From assembly GCA_048882505.1 (NCBI GenBank), contig JBHLRO010000011.1, positions 30,001-62,000 on the forward strand: a stretch of DNA of 32,000 nucleotides, written 5' to 3'. This DNA comes from Candidatus Thorarchaeota archaeon (GTDB lineage: Archaea > Asgardarchaeota > Heimdallarchaeia > Hodarchaeales > Hodarchaeaceae). Position 1 is the first letter of the stretch, and every line of letters starts with the position of its first letter. Made by a program: the position numbers and the translations under genes. Below are positions 9,906-19,076 of the stretch, in pieces. The notes under the pieces are model-generated. The model worked only from the letters and a program-made list of their open reading frames with translations, was not told the DNA's origin and made no database searches.

Positions 9906-10106
9906 TCTCGAGAACCAGGCCGGTGTATAGCGATCCAGACTTCCTCCACTAAGCCACCCTTAAAAAGGAAGAAACTTCGGACATGTCATGATCCCCCGTT
10001 GGTTATTGTTTCTAAAACATTTTAAGTCGATCAACTTGAGTCTTTATTGCCTGTGATCAGAGAAATAAAACATGATTTAACTGAATTTCATAACGGGTGC
10101 ATTTTG

Positions 10107-10823
10107 ATGGGCTTAAGACGAATTGAAGAAAAGCTCCTTCGTGAAAAAGAGATGAAAAAGAAAGGAGCCGAAATGGCGTTAACATCTCTCGAGAAAATGA
10201 GCCAACAGATTCATTCTCTACATAGGGATCTCCAAGATCTTGAAAAGAAATACGAAACTGATTTTAAAAAGAATCCTGCTTTGAGTAAACAACTCATGAA
10301 TCTACGGGAGGAGTTAGGCCTTCCCCGCGCCATTGGAATTTATGACGTGGGTGAAAAGCCCTCATTCATTCAACGCTTAAAAGGAAAGGATGAATATCTG
10401 AATTTCCTTGCGTTACGGATCTTGAAAATCGGAAAGAATGAACGACACAGGACCGGCGGGCTTCTAAGTACCACCGAGATTATCCTAAAACTAAATGATG
10501 AGAGTCAAGGCATAACTGTGGCTATTTCTGATATTTCGCAGGCCTTAGATCTTCTTGTCTCGAATGGATTGGTTCATGATATTCGGGAGCTAGGTGGAAT
10601 GCAGGTAGTTGAATTCATTGATCCAAACCTAAGCCAAGACCATCATACAATCCTGAACCTAGCGGCTCGATATAACGGGGAAATAAATCTTACAGATTTG
10701 ATCAAAGAAACAGAATGGAGTATTGAGCGCATAAATCAGACTCTGTCACCGTTAATACAGAAAAAAATTGTACTACGCTCCGAAACATTAGATGGGGTAG
10801 TTCTGTCATTCCCTGGCATGTAA
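10107..10823 (+). CDS. vps22: ESCRT-II Vps22/36 (EAP30)-like
   Basis: Likely start at ATG 10107 (MGLRRIEEK). KKNPAL..QL..LREELG, GGLLS, ISDISQALDLL, LSQDHHTILNLA, WSIERI match the EAP30/Vps22 pattern. Confidence 0.88.
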   Translation: MGLRRIEEKLLREKEMKKKGAEMALTSLEKMSQQIHSLHRDLQDLEKKYETDFKKNPALSKQLMNLREELGLPRAIGIYDVGEKPSFIQRLKGKDEYLNFLALRILKIGKNERHRTGGLLSTTEIILKLNDESQGITVAISDISQALDLLVSNGLVHDIRELGGMQVVEFIDPNLSQDHHTILNLAARYNGEINLTDLIKETEWSIERINQTLSPLIQKKIVLRSETLDGVVLSFPGM

Positions 10824-11055
10824 AAAACATCTTCGAGGGAGTTTGATCGTAACAAATCATCCCAAGAAAGTGAAACCGTTTCCCGTTTCCTTAGATGCTC
10901 TTGATGAGGTACTCATAGGAAAGTCTTAAATTCTAAAGACAATTATGCATAAACAATCTCTTATTCGTAGAGGATGTATGGATTAAGAGCAGTTTCAAAA
11001 CGCTCTGTCCAGCAATAATCATAAGTATATTGTTATATAAAGGGTTGAAACTTAT

Positions 11056-11727
11056 TTGAAACGCCTAAGAGGGTTTTTAACGAAGAACAAACCGAGTTCA
11101 TCGACTGAAACCAAGGCAAAGCTCAAACGTACTATCAATCAGATGGAAGTAAAGATACGCAACTATCAACGGCAAGCAGATGAGCAGTATGAGCTGGCTC
11201 GTACCCTGTTAAAAGCGGGAAACAAGCCTGGGGCTCATGAGGCCTTGAAACGGAGAGAACTATATCTCACCCAGGTCACTCGGACTCATTCTAAAATCGC
11301 TAATCTTCAACGCACAATAGATACTCTGGATATTTCTGCGGATAACGTAACATTAACGGAGACCTTAGCATCCGCACAAACTGCAATCGATTCAAACATA
11401 GCATCGGCCTCTCCCGAGCGAACTGAAGAAGTTATGATGGGCCTAGAGAGTTCTATGGAAATGGTAGCTGATATGGAAGATGCCCTTACGGACACAACCA
11501 TTACAGAAATCGGCATGGATGTAGAGGCTGATGATCGGATCTCTCAACAAATGGCGGAACTCGAAGCCGAGCTTGCCTCTGGGGTTCCCGCATCCGATAC
11601 TCCTGTAACCTCCTCCCCAGACATGGCTTCCGCTCAAACCGAAGAAGGCACCACTACCAGTCGCGAAGTGGACAAAAAGAAGCTTGATGAGATGCGAAAG
11701 CAAATTGAAGAAGGATTGAGGTCCTAA
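11056..11727 (+). CDS. ESCRT-III, Vps20/32/60 (Snf7) class
   Basis: Basic N-terminal hairpin (A..LLKAGNK..A.EALKRR), acidic C-terminal half, Snf7 pattern. Confidence 0.88.
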   Translation: MKRLRGFLTKNKPSSSTETKAKLKRTINQMEVKIRNYQRQADEQYELARTLLKAGNKPGAHEALKRRELYLTQVTRTHSKIANLQRTIDTLDISADNVTLTETLASAQTAIDSNIASASPERTEEVMMGLESSMEMVADMEDALTDTTITEIGMDVEADDRISQQMAELEAELASGVPASDTPVTSSPDMASAQTEEGTTTSREVDKKKLDEMRKQIEEGLRS

Positions 11728-11731
11728 ACCG

Positions 11732-12346
11732 ATGGTATTCGACAAGTTCGGTAACTGGCTTAAGGGTGGAGGCAATGAAGCACAGGCAACACGTAAATGG
11801 ATTGTCCGCCTCCGTATGGTCGAAAAGCGAATGCTTCGTCAGCGTAGCAAGCTGATCAAAGAGGAGAAGCGGATGATGAAGGAAGTGGAACGCGCCATTG
11901 AAGACGGCGACGTTTCTACCGCTCGACTCCTGGCCAAGGACGTTGCCAAAAATCGGGCAATGGCGCGTGGTTGTCAGCAAATGGCAAGCCGGGTCAAAGG
12001 GATTAAATTCAAGCTGGAACAAGCGGCAGCGACTCAGGCGATCGGCCAAGATTTAAAGGGATTAGTGAGAACTTTACACTCAATGAACGCGCAGTTAAGA
12101 ATTCCACAGTTGGAGGGGGTTTTAAATCAGATGGAAATTGAAACAGAACGTATAGATCTTGCTACCGAGGCAATGGACGAAGGTTTTGACCTTATGACCT
12201 CTGACGTTGAAGAAGATGAAATGGTAGACAAAATAATTGGAGAAATTAGCGCATCCAAAGCTGCTGCGGCAGATTTTGGGCTTCCCTCTCCGGATATTCG
12301 GTCACAAGAGCTTCAAAAAGAGCTGGAGAAAATCAAGAAAAGCTAA
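11732..12346 (+). CDS. ESCRT-III, Vps2/24/46 class
   Basis: N-terminal amphipathic MVFDKFGNW; ARLLAKDVAKNR; C-terminal MIM1-like ELQKELEKIKK. Confidence 0.88.
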   Translation: MVFDKFGNWLKGGGNEAQATRKWIVRLRMVEKRMLRQRSKLIKEEKRMMKEVERAIEDGDVSTARLLAKDVAKNRAMARGCQQMASRVKGIKFKLEQAAATQAIGQDLKGLVRTLHSMNAQLRIPQLEGVLNQMEIETERIDLATEAMDEGFDLMTSDVEEDEMVDKIIGEISASKAAAADFGLPSPDIRSQELQKELEKIKKS

Positions 12347-12411
12347 TTCCCCACTTCCCCCCCTCTCCTTCCCTGGCTCCCCTTCCAGTTTCAATCATTG
12401 GTGTCCAGATT

Positions 12412-13557
12412 ATGAGTCTATTTGAACAGGCCAAAAAAAACGCGGCTCGTGCCTATCAGTTGGATCAAAGTGGTCAGTCTCATCAGGCAGTTCGGCACTA
12501 CGTGAACGCCGCGGAACAACTTCAAAAGCTTATTAATTTCACAGACGACCCAAATATGAAAGAACTGTATTATCGCAAAGCCATGGAGTACATTTTTCGT
12601 GTTAAGGAAATCCGCGGAATTATAGAACCCTCCGAGAGTAAACCCTCCTCTTCAGCCCGAAGCGCTCCACGAGAGCAAGATGACGAAATTTCTGATGCTA
12701 TCTCAGGTGTCATCGTTCGTGAAAAACCGAATGTTAAATGGGATGATGTTGCTGGGATGGAGGGGGCGAAAAGAGCTCTCCGTGAGGCTATTATCCTTCC
12801 CATGTCTCGGCCTGACCTGTTTAAAGGTGCAAGACGTCCTTGGCGCGGAATTCTGATGTTTGGACCGCCAGGCTGTGGCAAAACTTATCTTTGTAAGGCG
12901 GTAGCCTCGGAAGTGGACTCTACTTTTTTTTCGGTTTCAGCCGCTAATCTGGTGTCGAAATGGCTTGGCGAATCCGAGAAGCTCGTACAAGAACTTTATG
13001 AGCGGGCTACTGAGGAAGCCCCTTCCATTATTTTCTTCGACGAAATCGATGCCCTGGGCGGGGCGAGGGGCGGCGGAACGGAAAACGAAGCCATGAGACG
13101 CATTAAAACCCAATTACTACAGGCTGTGGAAGGATTCGATACTGGAGACGAACTCCTGGTGACAATCGGGGCCACGAATACTCCATGGGATATCGATGCT
13201 GCCATGCGTCGCCGCTTTGAACGACGAGTATACATTACCTTACCGACGACTGCAGCTCGTGAAAAGATGTTTGAAATTCATACACGCGGGGTAGAGCTCG
13301 ATCCCGATGTTAGCTTCAAGGAGATGTCAAAATATACTGCGGGGTATACCGCCGCAGATATTGCATTGCTGTGCCGAGAAGCTTTGATGATCCCCATTAG
13401 GGAATTGGATGCCGACGGGGCTCTAAAAAATCGCGAAATTAAGCCGCGAAGTCCGAATACAGACGATTTCTTATCTAGTATGGAACACATCAGACCCTCC
13501 GTCTCTCCCAAGGAGCTCTCTCGATTTGAAGAATGGAGAGACCAATTTGGTGGCTAG
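12412..13557 (+). CDS. vps4: Vps4 AAA+ ATPase (MIT + AAA)
   Basis: N-terminal MIT domain; GPPGCGKT; SKWLGESEK pore loop; IIFFDEID; GATNTPWDIDAAMRRRFERRVYI. Confidence 0.95.
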   Translation: MSLFEQAKKNAARAYQLDQSGQSHQAVRHYVNAAEQLQKLINFTDDPNMKELYYRKAMEYIFRVKEIRGIIEPSESKPSSSARSAPREQDDEISDAISGVIVREKPNVKWDDVAGMEGAKRALREAIILPMSRPDLFKGARRPWRGILMFGPPGCGKTYLCKAVASEVDSTFFSVSAANLVSKWLGESEKLVQELYERATEEAPSIIFFDEIDALGGARGGGTENEAMRRIKTQLLQAVEGFDTGDELLVTIGATNTPWDIDAAMRRRFERRVYITLPTTAAREKMFEIHTRGVELDPDVSFKEMSKYTAGYTAADIALLCREALMIPIRELDADGALKNREIKPRSPNTDDFLSSMEHIRPSVSPKELSRFEEWRDQFGG

Positions 13558-13615
13558 TTGTAAATATATATGACACTCTTACCAGGAGAGGCAAGTAATA
13601 CAGACGTGACCTTGT

Positions 13616-14377
13616 ATGGCTGAGATGCAGCGCAAACGTCCTAAGAAAAAACAGGATCAGGATTCAGTTGATGCGCTTGAAAATGTTCTCGATCAGGTCA
13701 CTCAACCCCAAACCACCACACCCACTCCTACAGCTCCGAAAATTACATCCCCTACTCCCAAACCGCCAGTTTTGCAACCCACTAAAACTGTGGCTTCACA
13801 AGCCCAGACTTCGGTTACACGCCCCAGCTCATTAAAGTTAAGTCCGGGAACAGTAGATCCACGAATTAAACCTATTCTTCCACCGTGGGTACAAAAACCT
13901 TGGCGGTGGATGGTTCCTGAGGATCCTCAACTCAAAAACCAATGGTTATTAACCTGGGGGGACTTCCTTTTTGATTTTGCTAGGGTCCTAAACATACACA
14001 TTATTGATCTGCAAGAGATCAGTCTTATTTACCCTTTTCATAATCCTGTCTTGCGTAAAAAGCTCACTACCCAACAGCTGATCTTAATCTCTGAATTTTT
14101 AATCGAGAAAGGAAAAGCCAAATGGTGGGATGACCAAAAGAATCGGTTACGTGTGTATTGGAAAACCCTCCAAAGCTATGCTGAAGATTTATTCGATTTT
14201 GCCTTTCAAAACGGGTATGACATGGTCACCGCGTTCGATATCGTCAAAATGAAACAATCTTGGTCAAATCTCCCGCCGCGCGACATACGGGAGCTCATGA
14301 AAATCATGGTACTCACGAAAAAGGCCTTTTGGGCTGATGGTTCCGATCAAAAAACTATCCAATTCCTGTATGAGTAA
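13616..14377 (+). CDS. vps25: ESCRT-II Vps25 with Pro/Thr-rich N-terminal extension
   Basis: LPPW...QW...W..F; PFHN...KKL; GKAKWWD..K.RLRVYWKT...AE.LFDFA..NG tandem winged-helix pattern. Confidence 0.88.
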   Translation: MAEMQRKRPKKKQDQDSVDALENVLDQVTQPQTTTPTPTAPKITSPTPKPPVLQPTKTVASQAQTSVTRPSSLKLSPGTVDPRIKPILPPWVQKPWRWMVPEDPQLKNQWLLTWGDFLFDFARVLNIHIIDLQEISLIYPFHNPVLRKKLTTQQLILISEFLIEKGKAKWWDDQKNRLRVYWKTLQSYAEDLFDFAFQNGYDMVTAFDIVKMKQSWSNLPPRDIRELMKIMVLTKKAFWADGSDQKTIQFLYE

Positions 14378-14553
14378 GGAAGGAGGATTTGGGACTCCGA
14401 TTTGATTTTCCTCAATTCTGGCAATCTCCCGCAAAACTTCTTAACCCCCGCAAAAACTAGCCCTTAACGAGTTCTAAGGATTATTTGGAACTAGAACGCC
14501 AGGTAGTTAGAATCAACGCTGAAATAATATATTATCTGAGGTATCCGTGTCCA

Positions 14554-15204
14554 ATGTCAAGTCTGGAATCTGAAGGAGATCTTCTCGCCCCCTTAGAAGA
14601 TTATTTGAAAGCAGGTGTCCATATCGGGACGAGTAGTGGTATGGAGTCCATGCGCTGGGCCATATATCGGACACGAAATGATGGTTTGTATGTACTGGAT
14701 GTCCATCAAACCGATCAACGGATTCGTGTAGCTGCCAAATTCCTGGCACGACAAGTAGCGTCACGAATCGTTGCTTGTAGCGTCCGAGCGTATGGAGTTT
14801 ACCCTGTCGAAACTTTTTGTCGTGTCATTGGGGCTACAGCGGTTACCGGACGATTCATTCCTGGCATCTTCACCAATCCCAACATCAAGGGCCGATACGA
14901 ATATCTGGAACCGACAACCGTCCTGATTACTGACCCCCATTTCGACCGCCAGGCACTTAAAGAAGCTGCGCGCGTAGGTGTGCCCGTGGTATCATTGGTT
15001 GATACTGATAATGTCACCCGAAACATTGATCTTGCCATTCCATGTAATAATAAAGGCCGCAATTCCTTGGCGATGATCTTCTGGCTTTTAACTAAAGAAG
15101 TTCTCAGAGAAAAGGGGGAATTGACTCCTGAAAAAGATGCGGAACTCCGAGTAGAAACGTTTAGGGCGCCCCGAGGACGGCGTCCAACCCCCGCTGGCGA
15201 GTAA
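14554..15204 (+). CDS. rps2: 30S ribosomal protein uS2
   Basis: YLKAGVHIG, RTRNDGLYVLDV, GRFIPGIFTN, TDPHFDRQALKEA, IPCNNKGRNSLA; likely start at ATG 14554. Confidence 0.97.
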   Translation: MSSLESEGDLLAPLEDYLKAGVHIGTSSGMESMRWAIYRTRNDGLYVLDVHQTDQRIRVAAKFLARQVASRIVACSVRAYGVYPVETFCRVIGATAVTGRFIPGIFTNPNIKGRYEYLEPTTVLITDPHFDRQALKEAARVGVPVVSLVDTDNVTRNIDLAIPCNNKGRNSLAMIFWLLTKEVLREKGELTPEKDAELRVETFRAPRGRRPTPAGE

Positions 15205-15230
15205 CATCCCCCAAGGTGATCCAAACCGTG

Positions 15231-15431
15231 ATGATCCCAATTCGTTGTTATACCTGTGGAAAAATCATTGCTCAGTATTATGAGGATTTTCTAGAAGGAT
15301 TGAAAGAAGGGAAAGAGACGAAAGAGCTACTTGACAGCTTTGGGCTGACCAGATACTGTTGTCGGCGCATGTTAATAACCCATGTAGAACTCATTGATGA
15401 TATCCTGACTTTTTCGAGTCCCACCCGTTAG
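15231..15431 (+). CDS. rpoN: RNA polymerase subunit Rpo10 (N)
   Basis: MIPIRCYTCGK...GLTRYCCRRMLITHV; AGGTGAT SD at 15214-15220; start at ATG 15231 or GTG 15228/15216. Confidence 0.97.
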   Translation: MIPIRCYTCGKIIAQYYEDFLEGLKEGKETKELLDSFGLTRYCCRRMLITHVELIDDILTFSSPTR

Positions 15432-15434
15432 GAA

Positions 15435-15534
15435 AGCCCCGTAGTGTAGCGGTCCATCATGGAGGGTTCTGGACAGGAACTCGATAGGTTCTGGGAAAAT
15501 CCCTCTGACCCCAGTTCGAATCTGGGCGGGGCTA
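15435..15534 (+). tRNA. tRNA-Gln(CTG) with a 27-nt canonical intron (15473-15499), CCA not encoded
   Basis: Acceptor AGCCCCG/CGGGGCT; anticodon stem GAGGG/CCCTC; CTG at 15469-15471; T arm CCCAG-TTCGAAT-CTGGG; bulge-helix-bulge TTCT/GGAA with 3-nt bulges GGA and AAT. Confidence 0.95.
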
Positions 15535-15621
15535 TTCTCCTTTCCAGCTTCTGTTCTTCCATTGACGTAAGTTATCGTCTCTCGATCCTCTTGAAAGTCG
15601 AGACAGTACTGGAGATCTTAT

Positions 15622-16533
15622 ATGAGTCCCGTCTTAGGTGTTCTTAGCAAAAATCGTGAATATCATCCCACACAGGAACTTCTTACCGCCATAGACAAGA
15701 TGGCAGATATATCAGGGATTTTTCTATCAACGCAGCATGTCATCCCCTTCATTGATGGATCAAGATCGGACATTTATCTAGGCGGGCAGTCACTAAGGTC
15801 GCTTGCAGGTATCATTCCTCGTATAGGTTTTACTCAAACTGCATTTGGGCTCATTTGTCTTCGCCAGTTCGAAATCATGGGTATTCCCTCCACTCTCTCC
15901 TCTCAAGCTTTGCATCTAGTTCGAAATAAATTCCGGTGTTATCAAGTATTAACCCACCTCCCTAACTTACTTCTACCGACTACGGCCATAATCGATTCCT
16001 CTGGTATGCTCGACAAGGCCTTGCAACCCTTTCAGTTCCCCATAGTAATCAAAATTCCTTCTGCTACACAAGGCGTCGGAACTATTCTGGCTTCAAACCA
16101 ACAATCCGCTCGTGAGATTATCGAAGCGCTTTTCCTTAACTTTCAGTTCCCTATCATCCTTCAAGAATACCTTACTCCTCCGTTGTTCAGGCGGAATGGT
16201 GCTATTGAAGATATGCGAGTGCTGGTGGTAGGTGATGAAGTTCTCGGGGCCATGCGCCGCGTCGCTCCCCAAGGGCAATGGCGTACCAACTACGCCCAAG
16301 GTGCCCAATGTGAACCCACACGCTTAACTTCCGAGGAAGAGGAGTTGGTATCCCAAATCGTAACCCTAACGGGCATTGAAATCGCAGGAATTGACCTTTA
16401 TCCTACTGATGCTGGATTGGCACTCCTCGAGGTGAATGCCTGCCCTGGATGGAAGGCATTTGAACAAACCTATCCCCAAATTAAGGTAGCCAAAAAGATC
16501 ATTGACTATCTCCTATTAAAGATCCGTCGTTGA
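15622..16533 (+). CDS. RimK/LysX-family ATP-grasp ligase
   Basis: RNKFRCYQ, PIVIK..S.TQG.G, ILQEY, EDMRVLVVG, WRTNYAQG, GIDL, LEVNACPGW. Confidence 0.9.
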   Translation: MSPVLGVLSKNREYHPTQELLTAIDKMADISGIFLSTQHVIPFIDGSRSDIYLGGQSLRSLAGIIPRIGFTQTAFGLICLRQFEIMGIPSTLSSQALHLVRNKFRCYQVLTHLPNLLLPTTAIIDSSGMLDKALQPFQFPIVIKIPSATQGVGTILASNQQSAREIIEALFLNFQFPIILQEYLTPPLFRRNGAIEDMRVLVVGDEVLGAMRRVAPQGQWRTNYAQGAQCEPTRLTSEEEELVSQIVTLTGIEIAGIDLYPTDAGLALLEVNACPGWKAFEQTYPQIKVAKKIIDYLLLKIRR

Positions 16534-16587
16534 AACCTTTTTGTCAGGCATCCTTATAACCTCAGAACGTAGAATTTCCACCTGGAT

Positions 16588-17568
16588 GTGGGTTCGCTGG
16601 CCTCAGATGATAAAAAAAATGATTTTTCCGCCTTAAAAGTCTCAGAGGATATCCAAGACCGTCTCCAAGAACATTTCCCTACCCTCTTGGCGCTAGCGAC
16701 GACCTCTCCCGCCGAAATTGTGCGATCTTGTGAGATTAATCGGTCATCTGCAGAGCGGATTGTCAAAAAAGCACGAAAATTGGCAGGAATCGGTAATCCT
16801 GTCACCGCTGCCGAATTACTCGAAAAGCGGATGGCTAGTCCGCGAATAACGACATCCTCCCAGCAATTGGATGAGGTTTTGGGTGGCGGGATCTCCGTTG
16901 GTGCCCTTACCGAATTCAGTGGGGCATTTGCCACTGGAAAAACCCAATTGGCATTCCAGCTTTGCATTAACGTCCAACGTCCCGTCGAAGAAGGCGGTTT
17001 GGATGCCAGGGCTCTCTTCGTTGACACCGAAAATACGTTCGCTCCAGCCCGTATTGCGGAAATGTGTTATCCCTTCACCTCGGAACCCCGAGATTTCCTT
17101 CAGAATATCTACGTCAGCCGTGCATTCAATGCTGATCATCAGATTCAAATAGCTCGAAAGGCTGACAAATTGATCGAAGCTAACAAAATCCGACTCATCA
17201 TCGTAGACAGCATGGCTTCCCACTTCCGTGCGGAATTTCCTGGTACGGATAATCTTCCCAGACGCCAACAGCTTCTCATGGCCCACGCCGAAACCCTTCA
17301 ACGACTTGCAGAGTCCTATGGTCTAGCAGTAATGACCACAAACCAAATTCTGGGTAACCCTGATAACCTCTTCTCAGGAACTGGTAATGTTGAACCTGCT
17401 CTTGGCTTTGCCTGGGGGCACAGGCCGACCCACCGTATTCTTCTTCGTAAATCACGCGGAACTGCCCGTATCGCCCGTGTTTTCGATTCCCCTGAATTAG
17501 CTGAACGTGAAGCCGTGTTTCATATTACAGCCCAGGGTATTCGGGATGGGCCCCCTCTCGATTACTGA
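16588..17568 (+). CDS. radA: RadA (Rad51/Dmc1-like) recombinase or close paralog
   Basis: N-terminal HhH-like domain; ITTSS..LDEVLGGGI; GAFATGKTQ; VDTENTF; IIVDSMASHFRAEF; RIARVFDSPELAEREAVF.IT..GI.D. Confidence 0.88.
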   Translation: MGSLASDDKKNDFSALKVSEDIQDRLQEHFPTLLALATTSPAEIVRSCEINRSSAERIVKKARKLAGIGNPVTAAELLEKRMASPRITTSSQQLDEVLGGGISVGALTEFSGAFATGKTQLAFQLCINVQRPVEEGGLDARALFVDTENTFAPARIAEMCYPFTSEPRDFLQNIYVSRAFNADHQIQIARKADKLIEANKIRLIIVDSMASHFRAEFPGTDNLPRRQQLLMAHAETLQRLAESYGLAVMTTNQILGNPDNLFSGTGNVEPALGFAWGHRPTHRILLRKSRGTARIARVFDSPELAEREAVFHITAQGIRDGPPLDY

Positions 17569-17816
17569 TATTCCAAAAATCTTCTTCTAATCCCTTTCTT
17601 GGTAGATTGCTGAACCCCCCCTCAGTTTCGGTATGAATTATGAGGCCGACACGGATATCTAGGAGGTATCATGGAGAAATTCCGTCGAATACAGCATGTT
17701 TCAACCACATTAGTCACTGAGAGGCCCATCTCCGCATAATGTGTAGGATGACCACAGTTTTTCATAACCTAGTCATTATCTTATTCACCTAAAACCTAAT
17801 CCTTGAGACGTTTCTG

Positions 17817-18602
17817 GTGACTCAACTTAATCATTCCCGCCCAAACACGTTTACCTCCATCCATCCAGTTGCAGACATTACCCTAACCCCGCCCGTGATC
17901 GTTATCCAGGGTCTCCCGGGAATGGGGCTCATCGGTAAAATTGCAGCTCAATTCCTCATCAGCTATTATGATGCCCAGGAGATTGCACGGATTTACAGCT
18001 CCTTTTTCCCACCAGTTGTCCAAATCGACAGCGAGACTAGTCTTGGGCGCCTCACTCGAATGGAAATCTTCGCAGTTACCGACTCGAAACCCAACATGCT
18101 CATCATTACAGGCGATGCTCAACCCCATGATATCGGAATCGTCCAGGTTCTTAATGATGTCCTTGACTATGTTGCCACGCTCCATGCCGAAACTGTCATC
18201 TGTCTTGGCGGTCTTCGGGTCCACGATGAAGGTCCCGATGTAGCCGCATTTGGATACAGTTCCAAAACCCTTGATTGGCTAACCCAGTATGACATTGAAC
18301 CCCTCCGTGGGGGTGAAGTCACTGGTGCCGTGGGGGTTCTCTCCGCTCTCGCAGCTGAACGAAACATGACCAGCTTCGGTCTCCTAGGTAAACTCACCTT
18401 GGCCGGTACCGATCCGCTGGCTTCCAAAGTGTTACTTTCTCGTATCAACGATATTTATGATCTGGGCATTGATCTGGATGGTTTAGATATTACTATTAAA
18501 GAAGCCCAAGCCAAGAATGAACGCATCTCCAGTCTTGCTCGCGAAGTCCTCGAAAAGAACGATGACGAAGAATCCGGAAAGGATCCTGGTTATTATATCT
18601 GA
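17817..18602 (+). CDS. PAC2-family proteasome assembly chaperone
   Basis: GLPGMGLIGKIAAQFL, YSSFFPP, ITGDAQP, CLGG, GEVTGAVG. Confidence 0.9.
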   Translation: MTQLNHSRPNTFTSIHPVADITLTPPVIVIQGLPGMGLIGKIAAQFLISYYDAQEIARIYSSFFPPVVQIDSETSLGRLTRMEIFAVTDSKPNMLIITGDAQPHDIGIVQVLNDVLDYVATLHAETVICLGGLRVHDEGPDVAAFGYSSKTLDWLTQYDIEPLRGGEVTGAVGVLSALAAERNMTSFGLLGKLTLAGTDPLASKVLLSRINDIYDLGIDLDGLDITIKEAQAKNERISSLAREVLEKNDDEESGKDPGYYI

Positions 18603-18833
18603 TTTTCATTGTAGTTCACAGCACGTGGTTAATCCCATAATTTCTTCAGGTATTGCCATCCAATGGCTCCTCCCTCCAGAACAAGTAAAATAGCTTCAAA
18701 TCCTTGTCTCTTCCATGGTAGTCCACATCAACCCCTCATCACCTCCCCCTCCGGACTTCAAGTCAAAGCCTTTACATCATAAGTACCCCCTCACTACATC
18801 TTTTCCTGTCCGAATGGAAAAAGCGCCTTCGCC

Positions 18834-18848
18834 GGAAAGGTTTAAAAA
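18834..18848 (+). promoter_or_regulatory. Candidate BRE+TATA promoter upstream of tfb
   Basis: GGAAAGG immediately followed by TTTAAAAA; would give a ~200-nt leader. Confidence 0.5.
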
Positions 18849-19076
18849 CCCTGCGGCACCATTTATATTTAGGAATTAGATGAGTAGGTGATTGCCACAG
18901 GTGGTTCGATCCTTTTTCCTGTGGCTTCGGATTTGCTTACAGTGCGCTCCATCGTTGTAGGTTCTCATTCCAGATGAGACTCCGTACGTGCACTTAGGCT
19001 ACCCCGTTTAGCCCCCCCTCCGACCCGCCTCAGCCGTCTACCACTCACTTCACTTATTAGAGGAGAATCCTCAGGA

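Noticed and set aside
15459-15647. 62-aa ORF
   Set aside because: It overlaps the tRNA-Gln gene.
17600-17770. Nop10 gene upstream of PAC2 (a common archaeal neighbour)
   Set aside because: The minus-strand 47-aa frame has only a PPRY resemblance, lacks the CxxC...CPxCG pattern, and is on the opposite strand.
18894-18925. tRNA gene or fragment
   Set aside because: Only a T-loop-like GGTTCGATCC inside one hairpin; no D arm or anticodon arm.
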